Shown here one piece after another: positions 11,725-23,165 of a DNA stretch of 64,000 nt. The notes beneath the pieces are model-generated. The model was not told the DNA's origin. It did no database searches and saw only the letters and a program-made list of their open reading frames with translations. The DNA lies in the NCBI RefSeq assembly GCF_006345805.1, contig NC_042998.1, forward strand, positions 160,394,001-160,458,000. Reading direction: 5' to 3'. Source of the stretch: Octopus sinensis (lineage: Eukaryota). The position numbers and the translations under genes were made by a program. The number at the start of each line of letters is the position of its first letter. Position 1 is the stretch's first letter.

Positions 11725-11733
11725 TTTATCATT
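11725..11733 (-). CDS. Candidate 9-nt microexon (AATGATAAA)
   Basis: tttgattttcattcttcaaag|AATGATAAA|gtaagt. Confidence 0.3.
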
Positions 11734-12639
11734 CTTTGAAGAATGAAAATCAAAGATGACACAAAATACTGCAAATCATTTAATATGGAGTTCTTATGTT
11801 TCTGCCTAACTTACTTTATGATATATTTTAAATGTAATGAAGGATGCTCAGTTTCTTTTATCTTCAAAATTAGTTGCCAGCAATTGTATCCATTTTCTCT
11901 CTAGGATTGAACTGAAAAAACTATATTACACACTACTAGTATTGGTTTCAGATTTTGGCACAAGGCCAGCAATTTAAAAGTTACAATAGAAATTTAAACT
12001 GAATTCTTGTTTAAATAAAGATTCCATGTTTTGGAGGGAGATATCTGTATACATGTCTTGTGATAAGCCTCCAAAATTAAGTGGGTAATATGTAAGGAGG
12101 ACGATTTATTTCAAATTATGAATAATGTTTCATCTTCATTTTCTTCAAAATATGAAATTGATTTATATAAATATAAATATCTATAATAATAAATGTGAAA
12201 TTTTGTCTTTCCATCCATACAGGACCCCTCTATCTCAGTCATCATGTGCTCTACATAGATATATTCGATGTTTTTGGAATCAGGATGATCTCGGGATTGA
12301 AAATCTGCCCTTCATTTGGTTCTTGAACATCCATCATTGGGACTAGGTCTGGATGAGGATTTGTTATATGTTAACAATTGAAAATTCAAATTTTAAAAGA
12401 ATTCCAAAAATTTGTGAATTAACAAGTTTTTCATTTAAACTGAATTTAAAGTAACACCATATTGGTGAGGTATCAATAAATGCTTTATTATTAATGCACT
12501 CTTCAGTTTTTGGCCTCAGGCCCAGGCTTCACAGTCCACACAGAGTGCGGCTTTTAAGCTAGTACTGAAATAAACTAAAATAAGATTGGAAACATCCAGT
12601 ATAGTAGTTGACTGACATTTGCACCAAAGTTGATTGTAC

Positions 12640-13115
12640 CATTGTGAATGAGTTGCTGGGTCACTCTAACAGGAGTACTGTTCTCATATCTGGGGTAGCA
12701 CTGCTTTCATATATATGGATATCTTAGATTTCATTGAGGGAAATATTATTTTGACTGATTTGCATGAAGTCATTCCTGAACGCATTCCACCCTCTGGCTC
12801 AAAGATGTTTGTCTCCTCACTTCTCCCCCCCCCCCACCTCTGTGTGATTTCTATTGCTACTTCAAAAACCTTTGCTTCTAGGAGCTGATTGTCATTTCCA
12901 CTTGGCCACTCTCAACTCATCTTTCTTCCTCTTATCACCCATATTACATTCAATTTCCACAAGCCCCATACTAACTCTATGCTCACCCTTTCTTCTCAGA
13001 AAATTGTCTCTCTGGAATTCCCTCTCTGCAGATGTCTTTCCTGCTGTCATCATCAACTTGCAACAGCTTAAGCAGGACATTAACAGCATCAATTTCACTG
13101 ATCTTGATGGGATCT
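12640..13115 (+). mobile_element. CR1/L2-group LINE 3' ORF remnant
   Basis: ..LWNSLSADVFPAVIINLQQLKQDINSI matches the SFFPRTxxLWNSLPxxVFPxxxNLxxFKxxVN C-terminal motif. Confidence 0.7.
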
Positions 13116-13507
13116 GCACAACCCTTTCTTTCAAACCAAACTTAAAACAAAAATGCAGTAATATATTAAATTTTATTAACCTGTGTGAAGTCCAAGCTGG
13201 AACTCATTAGCTAATATCATCATGTAGTTGTTTTGCTTCTCCAATTATAAAACATAGCTACTCTCTGTGCAAAAGTCAATAGAACTCTGCCAATATAATT
13301 CTTCACCATTAAGTATATACATTTACTTTACTATTAAGAAGAGAATTTGTTAGGATATACAGAATATAATTCCTTTTGCTTCTTCAAATATTTAACCAAA
13401 AATCAATTTTCATAGACTTCATGCATTCTCATTTATTTGTTTATGTGTCTATATTGAGTTTAAATAAAGAAATATCAACCATTTGGTGAATCATTCTTTG
13501 AATACAG

Positions 13508-13525
13508 TAAAGGTGATCTAGAAAG
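13508..13525 (+). CDS. Candidate 18-nt microexon (phase 2-2, KGDLE)
   Basis: tcattctttgaatacag|TAAAGGTGATCTAGAAAG|gtatgg. Confidence 0.2.
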
Positions 13526-14790
13526 GTATGGTAAACTATAAAAAATATCTGACATGATATTATTTATAACTACATTCAAAACTATATAGTTATTAAGTAA
13601 AGAGATTCTAGTGTGTTGACTGTATTGACTGCTTAACTGAAATTTTGTTGTTCAAATTGGTCAAGAAGACGTTCATATAATTGACTCTATAAAATGTATT
13701 TCCATTTAATATTTTCTTGTTAGATATATTTTTTTGGTATCATAAATTGAATGTTACTTTAATGTAATCTTATAAAAAAGAAAAGTATTACATTTTCTTC
13801 AGGTAATAATTAAGCTTTGATACACTAATGAATGAAGGTGGAGAATTTAGTGTGTGGTTTCTAAATCACAGTATCTTTATTGGGCATTGGTTTTATCAGT
13901 AAAATTATACTTTGTTAGTTGAAACTTTCTTTCAGTGTAGAGTCTTTAATCTTTTTCAGTCAATACTATATTTTTTCCCACCTTTTTAAGACAATTTACA
14001 AAGTATCTATTTTCTAATTTTTTTGTTTCCTTTCTTTCTTTACTTCCTCAGAATCTTTATCTCTTTTGCTCTCTCTCTCTCTTTCTTTTTCTCTCTTTCT
14101 AATTTTCTTTTACCTCCATCTTTTGTCTTCACACCTTTACCCTCTCATTTGTTGAAATTATTATTTTTCACATTGTTTTAATTTTATTTTAGCTTTGATA
14201 TTATTCATTCTCTCTACCTGCCTGCCTGTCTCTCTTTCTCACACACATACAGACATATGCACTCTCTCTTTCTCTCACATGCACCCCCTCTGTTTTGCAT
14301 ACACACACATACACTCCATCTGTCTCTCTCTCTCACTTCCACATTTTGACAATTGGTGATTAGTTAGTGAAATAGTTAAACTCCTACAATTAAAGACACC
14401 ATACAGTTTGTTGCTTAGAAGATTAAAGAACCTCCAATGTGTGTCTGTCTGTTGAAGATGGGCCAACCCTACCCTTTCTATCTAATTATATCATACAACA
14501 GCAATTATCTTTTTATTTTCCTTAGATATTTTGCCCTTTCTCACAGTAACTATCTTCACTTGTTGCAACAAGATTAATTCAACAGAAAGTAAACAACAAT
14601 TGTTTTCTGCATTGATTACAACAGCTTTGCCATTTCAACACCAAGGCTGTTCAAAAGAAGTGCTATGTTTGTGTATTATTGCTGATAATCATATTTGATT
14701 TTAACCCTTCAACCTCCTACACGGAATACTTTGCAAATACTCTACTGACCTCTTTTATTTTACTTTTCTTGGTTGGTAATCTATATGTAG

Positions 14791-14841
14791 ATTTGAAACA
14801 ACCACCATTATTGCTTCAAAAGAATAAAACCAAGGTCCAAG
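14791..14841 (+). CDS. Candidate 51-nt exon (phase 1-1, DLKQPPLLLQKNKTKVQ)
   Basis: Pyrimidine-rich region ..tatatgtag|ATTTG...CCAAG|gtaacc; only one frame is open. Confidence 0.25.
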
Positions 14842-15240
14842 GTAACCAGTTGTGGTCTGAATTTGAAAAAAAGAAAGCAATTAAAAAAATTCATTTTAAA
14901 AATATGATTATTTTGTGTGCTAAGAGAAGAGGTGACTTTTTTGATAATCTTAGCAGGACCAGACTCAAAGCTCCTTTAATATCTCTGTTGAAATACACTG
15001 ACTTTGTTTCAAGTAATTTTAAAAATAATGAAGAATTTAGTAAAATAACTTACATTAAAAGCATCTAGTACACTCTGTAAGGTTGTTCACATTAGGAAGC
15101 TGTAGAAATCATGCCAAAACAGACAAAATGGAGCTGGGGCAGCTCTTCAGCTGGCCAGCTGTTGTCAGACCGTCCAACTCATGCCAACATAGAGAATGGA
15201 CATTATGTGATGATGATTATTATTATTTTTATTATTTAAG

Positions 15241-15690
15241 TCAGTGAGTTGGCAGAATTGCTAGCACACCAGGTAAAATGCTTAGCAGCATTTCGTCTGT
15301 CTTTATGTTCTGTTCTGTGTTCAAATTCTGCCAGCATCAACTTTCCTCTCATCCTTTTGGGGTCAATAAAATAGATACCAATTGAACACTGGGGTTGATG
15401 TAATCAACTTAATCTCTCCCTTGAAATTTCTGGCCTTGTGCCAAAATTCGAAACCAGTATTTAAACGCAGTGAGGTGGCAAGATGGTAGATTCATTAGCA
15501 CACTGGGTGAAATGCTTAGCAGCATTTTGTCTGTCTGTATGTTCTGAGTTCAAATTCTGCTGAGGTCAACTTTGCCTTTCATCCTTTCAGGGGTTGATAG
15601 AGTAAGTACTTGTTGGTTACTGAGGTGAATGTAATCGATGTACCCACTCCTCTGAAGTTGCTGGCCTTGTGCCAAAATTTGAAACCAATG
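15241..15690 (+). mobile_element. Two tandem SINE family B copies (15241-15460, 15467-15690)
   Basis: Each has a tggcagaa-type head, gttcaaattctgc B-box and ggccttgtgccaaaatt(c/t)gaaacca tail. Confidence 0.88.
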
Positions 15691-15696
15691 TTTAAG

Positions 15697-16095
15697 TGCA
15701 GAAGGTGTGGCTGTGTGGTAAGAAGCTTGCTTCCTATCCACATGGTTCTGGGTTCAGTCCCACTGTGTGGCATTTTGGGCAAGTGTCTTGTTGACCAAAG
15801 CCTTGTGAGTGGATTTGTTAGACAGAAACTGAAAGAAGCCCATTGTGTATGTATGTATGCGTGTATATATGTATGTGTGTGTGTATATATTTGTCCTTGT
15901 GCCATCGCTTGACAACTTATGCTGGTGTGTTTATGTCCCCATAACTTAGCAGTTCAGCAAAAGAGACCAATAGAATAAGTACTAGGCTTACAAAGAATAA
16001 GTGCTGGGGTCAATTTCTTCAACTAAAACTCTTTAAGGGCATGCTCCTGCATGACCAGAGTCAAATGACTGAAACAAATAAAAGAAAAAGAAAAA
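15697..16095 (+). mobile_element. Full-length SINE family A (tRNA head, central microsatellite, 3' body)
   Basis: gtggctgtgtggtaagaagcttgc (A-box-like), gggttcagtccc (B-box-like), (TG/TA)n centre, A-rich tail. Confidence 0.9.
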
Positions 16096-17255
16096 CGAAG
16101 CTAAAAATGTGTAAAGCTCCCGGTCTGTCTTCATAAGTGAGTGTCTCATACAAATGCTTATAACAAACAGCATGGGCCCTGACAAAGAAATCTAAGAGGC
16201 ATTCTATAATAAGTGATTTAGGTTTACTGCTTTATTTCAAGATGGTAGTTTCTATTATGTTTCGGTGATTGATTACTATTTTACTAATTCTTAAGCCAGT
16301 TTAAACCCAAACACTACAAATTAAACTGATTCTGTTTTTACATTCACAGCAAAGCTGGTAAACAAACACTTTTAACTCTTGCCATTTTATCTCATTTAAG
16401 AAAAGATAAAAAACAAAAAAAGTAAATTAAAGAATAAATAAAAACCGCTTTCTTTAATCATCCAACTACTTTAGCAAATTGTGTTTTAATGAAAAATCAA
16501 ACAAGAAGCAGTCAAACTGTAAAGAAGAAATCACATAAATAAATGACAAAAACTGAGACATTAAAGCATTTTCTGTTTTACACAGCTCCAAAAAGTTTTA
16601 ACTTTTGATTGGAAAAAAAAAAAATTATCATTATTATCATTATCATCATCATTGTTGTTGTTATTATCGTCATTATTATTATTAAATTTATTGCTTTGCT
16701 TGTTTTTATAGTAACAATTTGAGGACTTAGTTTATTATAACTGATTTGGTGTCAGAACCTGTGTGTCAAGGAAGAATATTGTCTGATCAAGTAGCAACAA
16801 CCACTTTCAGTATGATTGGTTAATTTTGGTGTTTGTATATTTTTCTGTCAGCAGTGAATGTAGAAACAAACAAAAATGCTGTCAGATTTCTTTTGTCTCC
16901 TCCACATCTCCTCACTTGTAACTCTCTGTGACTTTTCTTTTATACATTTGTTCCTTTTTATTTAAAAAAAAATTATTTTTTCCTTTTGTTTTGAATTTTT
17001 TTTATTTTTTATTTCTTCTATTGATTTTTAATATTTTCTATTTCTTGGTTGAGATCTTAAAAGTTGTTGCTATTGACTATGTTGGTCTTCAGCGCAATTA
17101 ATCCTAAGTTCTCTCTCACTTTTTCTTTCTTTCTCTCTTCCTTTCTTCCTCCCTTCCTTTCCTTTGATGCATTCCTGCTTTCTTTCTCTCTTTCTTTAAC
17201 CCCCCCCCTTTTTCATTGATGTCGCAATAACCCACTCTCATTAAATGTCTCTTAC

Positions 17256-17264
17256 AAGCGATGA
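17256..17264 (-). CDS. Candidate 9-nt microexon (TCATCGCTT)
   Basis: aacatctgccag|TCATCGCTT|gtaagagacatttaatgagagtgg; TGC motif just upstream of the AG. Confidence 0.35.
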
Positions 17265-17892
17265 CTGGCAGATGTTAATTTTATCAAAAACCTATTTACT
17301 GAATCTAATCGATTCAGAAAAAGGCTGGTAGATTTAAAAATCAAGAACTGAACAAATCGATGGCAACAGCAGTTTAAAAGATTATTATCTTTTTGAAGTG
17401 ATATTTTTGTTCACTGATTCTTTTTGCCTCTATTTGTCAAATATTTCAGAAATTATCTCCAGTGTCAAAGTATTTCATTGGTTATCTTTGACGTAATTGT
17501 ATTTTAATAGTTAGTTGTTTGTTGTTTGTTTGCTTATTTGTTTGCTTGTTGTTGTTGTTGTTACACCCCACTCCTGTTTCCATTAACATTAAATAGTGGG
17601 TACCCCCATCAGAGCCTGATATCTAAGTGATATCATTCACTCTCTAGGCATTGTTTACCGTTATGGTACTTTAACTGTTAGCTTAATATTCATTGTACCT
17701 CAGTAATTATCGTGACTGCCATGTTGACTTGCCAATTATCTTAAATATCTAATCTCTTTGATTATCTTCATTGATTAACTGTCATGGCACATTGTTGATT
17801 ACTCTGTCTCTGTAAAAGTACCTTACTGATTATCTTCATTTTGATATTTGGTGGCCAGGTTAATAAATCCACTCTCATTAGATGTCTCTTAC

Positions 17893-17901
17893 TACCCAAG
17901 T
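17893..17901 (-). CDS. Candidate 9-nt microexon (ACTTGGGTA), paralogous context to 17256-17264
   Basis: ttttcaatctgaag|ACTTGGGTA|gtaagagacatctaatgagagtgg; a 50-nt version from the upstream tctcccatcccag acceptor is also possible. Confidence 0.35.
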
Positions 17902-18445
17902 CTTCAGATTGAAAACTTGGGTAGTGAGTTCAGATCGAACACCTGGGATGGGAGAGAAATGTGGTGACAGTAACAGTGCAATGCAATAATTACCCTGATG
18001 ATCAGTTGTGGTTCTGCATCCATTGCACATGGAACATCCAATGAAGAACTGCAAATAACCACAATGATGAAACATATGTTGGGAGCAAATAATATAAATT
18101 TGTGTTTAACACAATTTCTCACATACATAATACACACACACACATGCACATATACATGAATACTTAAAGTCACAATATATGGATTCAAGTAATCCGGTAG
18201 TACTCATAAAAACACTCTTTAATGTATTATTCTACAAAACATATAGAATATATGGTATGATACAAGAGAAAATGATAAGGAGTGTATAAAGTCATGAATC
18301 ACAGAGAAACAATTTGTTAAAATTTTATCTTACAATAAGAAAATTCTATCATGACAAATTTAACAAAGACTTTCTTTTACCTAAGGATGTGGCTTAAGTT
18401 CTGCATTAGCTCGAAGGATCTTTTTGCATTTTGCATTAATGCCAG

Positions 18446-18448
18446 CAT
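18446..18448 (+). CDS. Candidate 3-nt microexon (CAT)
   Basis: ctttttgcattttgcattaatgccag|CAT|gtaagt: pyrimidine tract, three TGC motifs, consensus donor. Confidence 0.3.
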
Positions 18449-19789
18449 GTAAGTAGCTTATTTATTATTAAATGTAATAATATAAATTATTTACATTTTT
18501 TAAGTTACAAAACAATTTGTTGTGATATTAAAATTTTCTTTTTGTTAAATAAAATTTCATCAAATTATTTCTCTGTCATTTATGACTTTATATGTGTGTG
18601 TGTGGGGGTGTATGTGTGTGTGAGTAGATAGATAGATATTTGTTTTATGTGTTCAAAATGCAAAGATTTACTTTGTTTGGAGATGAGATCAGCTTTTTCC
18701 CCATAATGTTTCATCAGAGGGAAAACTGTAAACTATAAACTCTTGAAAAACTAGTTTTTTTCATTTGGCCAAATTGTAATCATACTTAAAAATATGTAAT
18801 TTTCTATTTATTGGACATTGAGGCACATTTTCTTTAAAATATATATAAATGTTGAAGAAATGGGCATAGAAATAGGGACAAAAAGTATTAGGTGTATGGC
18901 AGACTGATAGGTAGATTAAGAAACTAATATACAGCTAAAGGGCATACATAGATATAGGATACCTAAATAGATATGAGAGAGAGAAAGAGTGAGTGAAATA
19001 TATTATAGAAAACAGGTGGAATATCGTTATATAAACAGAAGGACAGAAAGATACCCAGTGAGATAAATAGAGAGAAACTGATACAGTAATGAACAGATCA
19101 ATAAGTCTGGGGATGTAAGGCAGAGGGATAGAAAAGAAATACTAGAAATAAAGAGAGAAAAGATCTACGCACATTGATTGTGTATATAAGACAAGACAAG
19201 AGAAGAGAAGTAATATTCATGTACAGAAAAAAAGAAAAAAAAGATTATCTGGAAGAAAAGCTTACATATCAACATGTGTACACACACACACACACACACA
19301 CACAATTAATGTGAATGTTGTTTGCTAAATTCTAAGTAGCTATTTAGTAGAAGGTATTTAATAAAGGTGATATTTAGATTTAAGAAAATTAGAAAGAATT
19401 TTGGCAAAATAAATATAGGTGATATAATAAAGACTAGAATTGTCATTTTTGAGGAAGGAAGTGTCTAGATTTGACCAGTTTAATATGCAAGTAGAACATG
19501 CTGTTATAGAGATGGTAGCCATTCAAAACAAGTTTTAGGTTTCTATTATTGAAAATAATATTTCTGGAATTTCTTTTCTTATTTATTGTTTTGTACTATT
19601 AAAAGAAAAACACATGTGTATATAAGTTGGTACAAACTAAATTTTATAGGTGAATGTAAAGTAGAAACTGGAAAATATTTTGTCATATGAGTTAGCTGAG
19701 TTAAACAGATTACTGTGCCTTGATTCAGGGGCCTGGTCATAAGTCTATTTGATTAGGTCTGGCAACAACATTAAGAACTAGAGTTGCTG

Positions 19790-19950
19790 CTGTGTAAAGC
19801 AGACTTATGGTTTATGACATTCCAGCTTCTATCATTCCATCTTTTGAGGGATGTTATCCAAAGTATCCTTTCTCTCTTTAAGATGATAGATTGTGGAATG
19901 AGGGGGATTTGGCAGCTATTTCTTGCAAACTCCAACTAAGATGTAGGTGT
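19790..19950 (+). mobile_element. SINE-like repeat family C
   Basis: gcagacttatggtttatgacattccagc...gatttggcagctatttcttgca. Confidence 0.6.
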
Positions 19951-20150
19951 TTTGTCAGTGACTGTAATTGATTTGAAGATTTTCTTGCAAAAAATGGCAA
20001 GACACTAACACAAGCAAAATAAATAGAGTTTGCTCTATGTAGCAAGCATCATTCATCTGAATTATATCTTAATTAACCTTGATTAGAAAAACAATAACAA
20101 TAGCTAGTTTTGAATTTGATAACTGTGTGATCAGTAGTGTAATATAGTAA

Positions 20151-20609
20151 CCCTTTAGCATTCAGATTACTATATCAAATGTAATGGTTATTTATTCACA
20201 TTGTTTTAAATTAATCATGCATTATCTCGTAGCTTTGAGATTTCGATGATGTGATTCTCTTTATCCTACGTCTTACTTGTTCCAGTCATTAGACGGTGGC
20301 CATGCTGGGGCACTGCCTTGAAGAATTTTAGTCAAATGAATCAACTTCAGTATTCATTACAGTTTTTTTTTTAAGCCTGCTACTTATTCTATCGGTCTCT
20401 ATTACTGAACTACTAAGCTGCAAGTGCATAAACATACCAACACTGGTTGTCAAATGGTGAGGGAAAAACACAAAGACACATGGTTGTGAGGAAGGGCATC
20501 CAGCTGTAAAAATTCTGCCTGGTGCAGTCTTCTGTCTAACCAGCCCCTGTCAAACCATCCAACCCATGCCTGCATGGAAAACAGATGTTAAATGATGATG
20601 ATGATGATC

Positions 20610-20650
<41 letters not shown>

Positions 20651-20879
20651 AAGTCCACTCGAAAGGCTTTAGTTGGCCTGAGTCTATAGTAGAAAATGCC
20701 TGTCCAAGGTGCCACACAATAGGACTGAACCTGGAACCATGTGGTTTTGGAAGCAAACTTCTTATCACACAGTCACACCTGTGCCTGATTGCTTATTTTT
20801 GGAATGATATTCTAAGGTAGATGTGAGAAGCCAGATCTGGCCTGTTTGAACATAAAACACGAGTTTAAATGCTAAAGGG
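20151..20879. mobile_element. piggyBac-type MITE with nested SINE A and RTE tail
   Basis: ccctttagcatt / aatgctaaaggg termini with (g/t)taa flanks; uninterrupted copies at 36824 and 44228. Confidence 0.8.
20262..20790 (-). mobile_element. SINE family A split at its central microsatellite by an RTE 3' tail (~20490-20610, +)
   Basis: 3' half at 20262-20480, 5' half at 20650-20790. Confidence 0.8.
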
Positions 20880-21213
20880 TTAAAATCATAACCACCAAGC
20901 TTCTTAGAATATTCTGATTCCTGGCTGTGAATAAAAGTAATCTTTAAGCCTGTTCATTAACAAGATCCTCTTTTATTTAAATGAATTTCCCCCATTCACC
21001 CCAGGCTTTTGGAAGGTTTATTTATTAATATACTGATTTTATTACTTATCAATAAACTCATTTTCTCATCTCTCACTTGAAGTATTGGATCATCCCATAA
21101 ATAAATGCAGTTTTTTCAATTGCATGAACTGAAAGTTGGAGGGGGAAGGGATAAACTACCTGCATCAACTTACTATAAAAGCAGGTAGTAATTTTATCTT
21201 GTACTTATTCTTA

Positions 21214-22781
21214 GCTCAAGTTTGTTTTGTGAGGATTATTTTCTGCTGAGGATTGTGCTGTGCTGCTTTGCAGCAGTTTTTTTTTGTGTGGCACCGTCAT
21301 TATTTGGTGGCCTTTGCTGGATTAGCGAAATGAAGAACCATGCAGCAGCAATGGGAACTCAGGGTTCTGTCGACCCGGGTATGCTGGAACAGAATGAACT
21401 GCATTGTAATTTAGACCTGCTCCAGGAATATCAACATATTGTAAAGAGGAAGGGGTCGAACACAAAGTTGACCCCACCAGAGGAAGACAACATTAAGATA
21501 GAAAGCAAAGTGATAGTTTACAGAACATTTTCAAAATAAAAGTAAGAGGCTCGAGAATGCAATGCAGAAGGAGGTGGACAAGTGTCTGGAAAAATTAAGG
21601 GAAAGCATAATGTTTTATACCAGAGGAAAAAGATACGCTTCAGTGGCGGTTACCTTTGTCTCAGAAGAGAAGGCGCAAAGACACTCCAATAAGATACTAC
21701 ATGGGGTAAAATGGACACTCCTGCCTACTTACCTGGGTAAATGAGTTACCAGAATTACGGTGGGCAGCATACCACCTAGAATGAATCCAGAATGGATAAT
21801 AGCTGCAATTTTCATTGTATGAGAAGAAGGAGACAATGAGGAGGTGAAAGTAATTCTGATAAACCGGACCCAATAAGTAAATTGCTGGGGGTACGGGATA
21901 GAGATAATTTTTATGGTGAATCAGAAAGAGTACAAAGCGATACCAGAAACATTGGAGCTGCCCAATGAAGACAAACTAAATGTAATGTTAAAGGGGAGGC
22001 CTCTGACGTGTCATAAGTGTGGAGAGAAGGGGTACCTAGGAAGAGAGAGAGGAGGAGTTCACCACCTAAAACGGAGCAACAACAGAAGAAACATAAAGTA
22101 CAGGAGGAAGTGGACCAACAAACAATGACAAGTAGAAGCATTATGCCCTTGGGATCATCGAAGAAAAATGCCACAAGCAGAACAGCAACACCAAGCAAAC
22201 ATACAGACTTAGAATCACATAAGCATACAGACACAGACACATAAACACACAGACATACTAACATAGAAATATAGACAGACAGGCACAGGATAACACAGAG
22301 TTACAGAAACATAAAAGCACAGACACACAGATACAACATGCAGACACACAAAACATACACAGAAACAAAATTTTTTTAGTGGCATATTATATGACCCAAA
22401 AACTGGAGTATGGGTGAATCTTTCAGAGGGATATGATAAGGATATGAGATGTATTCTAATGGAGGAAAGAAAATATAGAACTCTTTTCCTTCAGATGTAA
22501 ATCCTCTGGGGACTGAGGTGAGTATCGAACCCAGCGCCCCAGTGGTGAATTATGATGACATTAAAAGTGACATAAAGAGGTAAGTTGAGATTATTTTTTA
22601 AGAACTGTTAAAGACTCTTTGTTTGAAATAACTGAAATCATGTAATCATCCTGGAGTGGGGCTGGGGTGGCTGTTTCACCTTCATTGTAAAATTTCATTT
22701 TATTCATTTTTCATGTGTTAATTGTCCCCACATGTATGTTTGTCCCCTCTATGTCAGCCCCTTGTGGGCAATAAAAAATCC
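21214..22781 (+). mobile_element. ORF1-only (HAL1-like) non-autonomous L1/Tx1-type retroelement, full length with TSD
   Basis: TSD acttattctta (21203-21213, 22782-22792); ORF1-like frame 21330-22128 with stops/frameshift, incl. ITVGSIPPRM and knuckle CHKCGEKGY; no RT/EN sequence; ends aataaaaaa. Confidence 0.75.
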
Positions 22782-23009
22782 ACTTATTCTTATGAGTTCA
22801 ATAAAGCAACAATGCAAAGGAAGGTACGAGGAATATTAATGCAGTATATGGAAATCAGACAATAAGCATAAGCCAGTGTCAATGGTGGTTCCAGAAATTC
22901 TGAGCCGGAAACTACAACCTAGAAAACAAGCCTTGTCCTAGGAGATCTGTAGAGCTCAATGAGGATGCCCTGCAAATCTTCTCTCTTGGAGAGGCACAAG
23001 CACTTACAC

Positions 23010-23165
23010 ACACATGTACACACACCTGCCTACTAAATTCAGTTACAAAGCTTCAGTTGGCCCAGGCCTATAGCAGAAGACACTTGCAGAAGGTGTCATG
23101 CAGTGGGACTGAACCTGAAACCCTGTAGCTGGGAAGCAAGCTTCCTAACCACACAGCCATGTCCA
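23010..23165 (-). mobile_element. SINE family A, 5' half, inside the mariner
   Basis: cagtgggactgaacc...aagcttcctaaccacacagccat. Confidence 0.8.

Noticed and set aside
12190-12360. Exon-like, moderately GC-rich stretch
   Set aside because: The plus-strand acceptor leads to stops in all frames; the minus-strand open frame has no convincing splice sites
13790-13808. ttttcttcag|gtaata recursive-splice-like site (similar ctaacatttcag|gtatct at ~50601-50618)
   Set aside because: Expected by chance in 64 kb of AT-rich DNA; host strand unknown
14679-15068. 129-aa ORF as a single-exon gene
   Set aside because: Composition reflects AT-rich codons and no domain is recognisable; only the 51-nt internal segment is kept as an exon candidate
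15697-15780. tRNA gene
   Set aside because: A/B-box-like head continues into a SINE body; no complete cloverleaf
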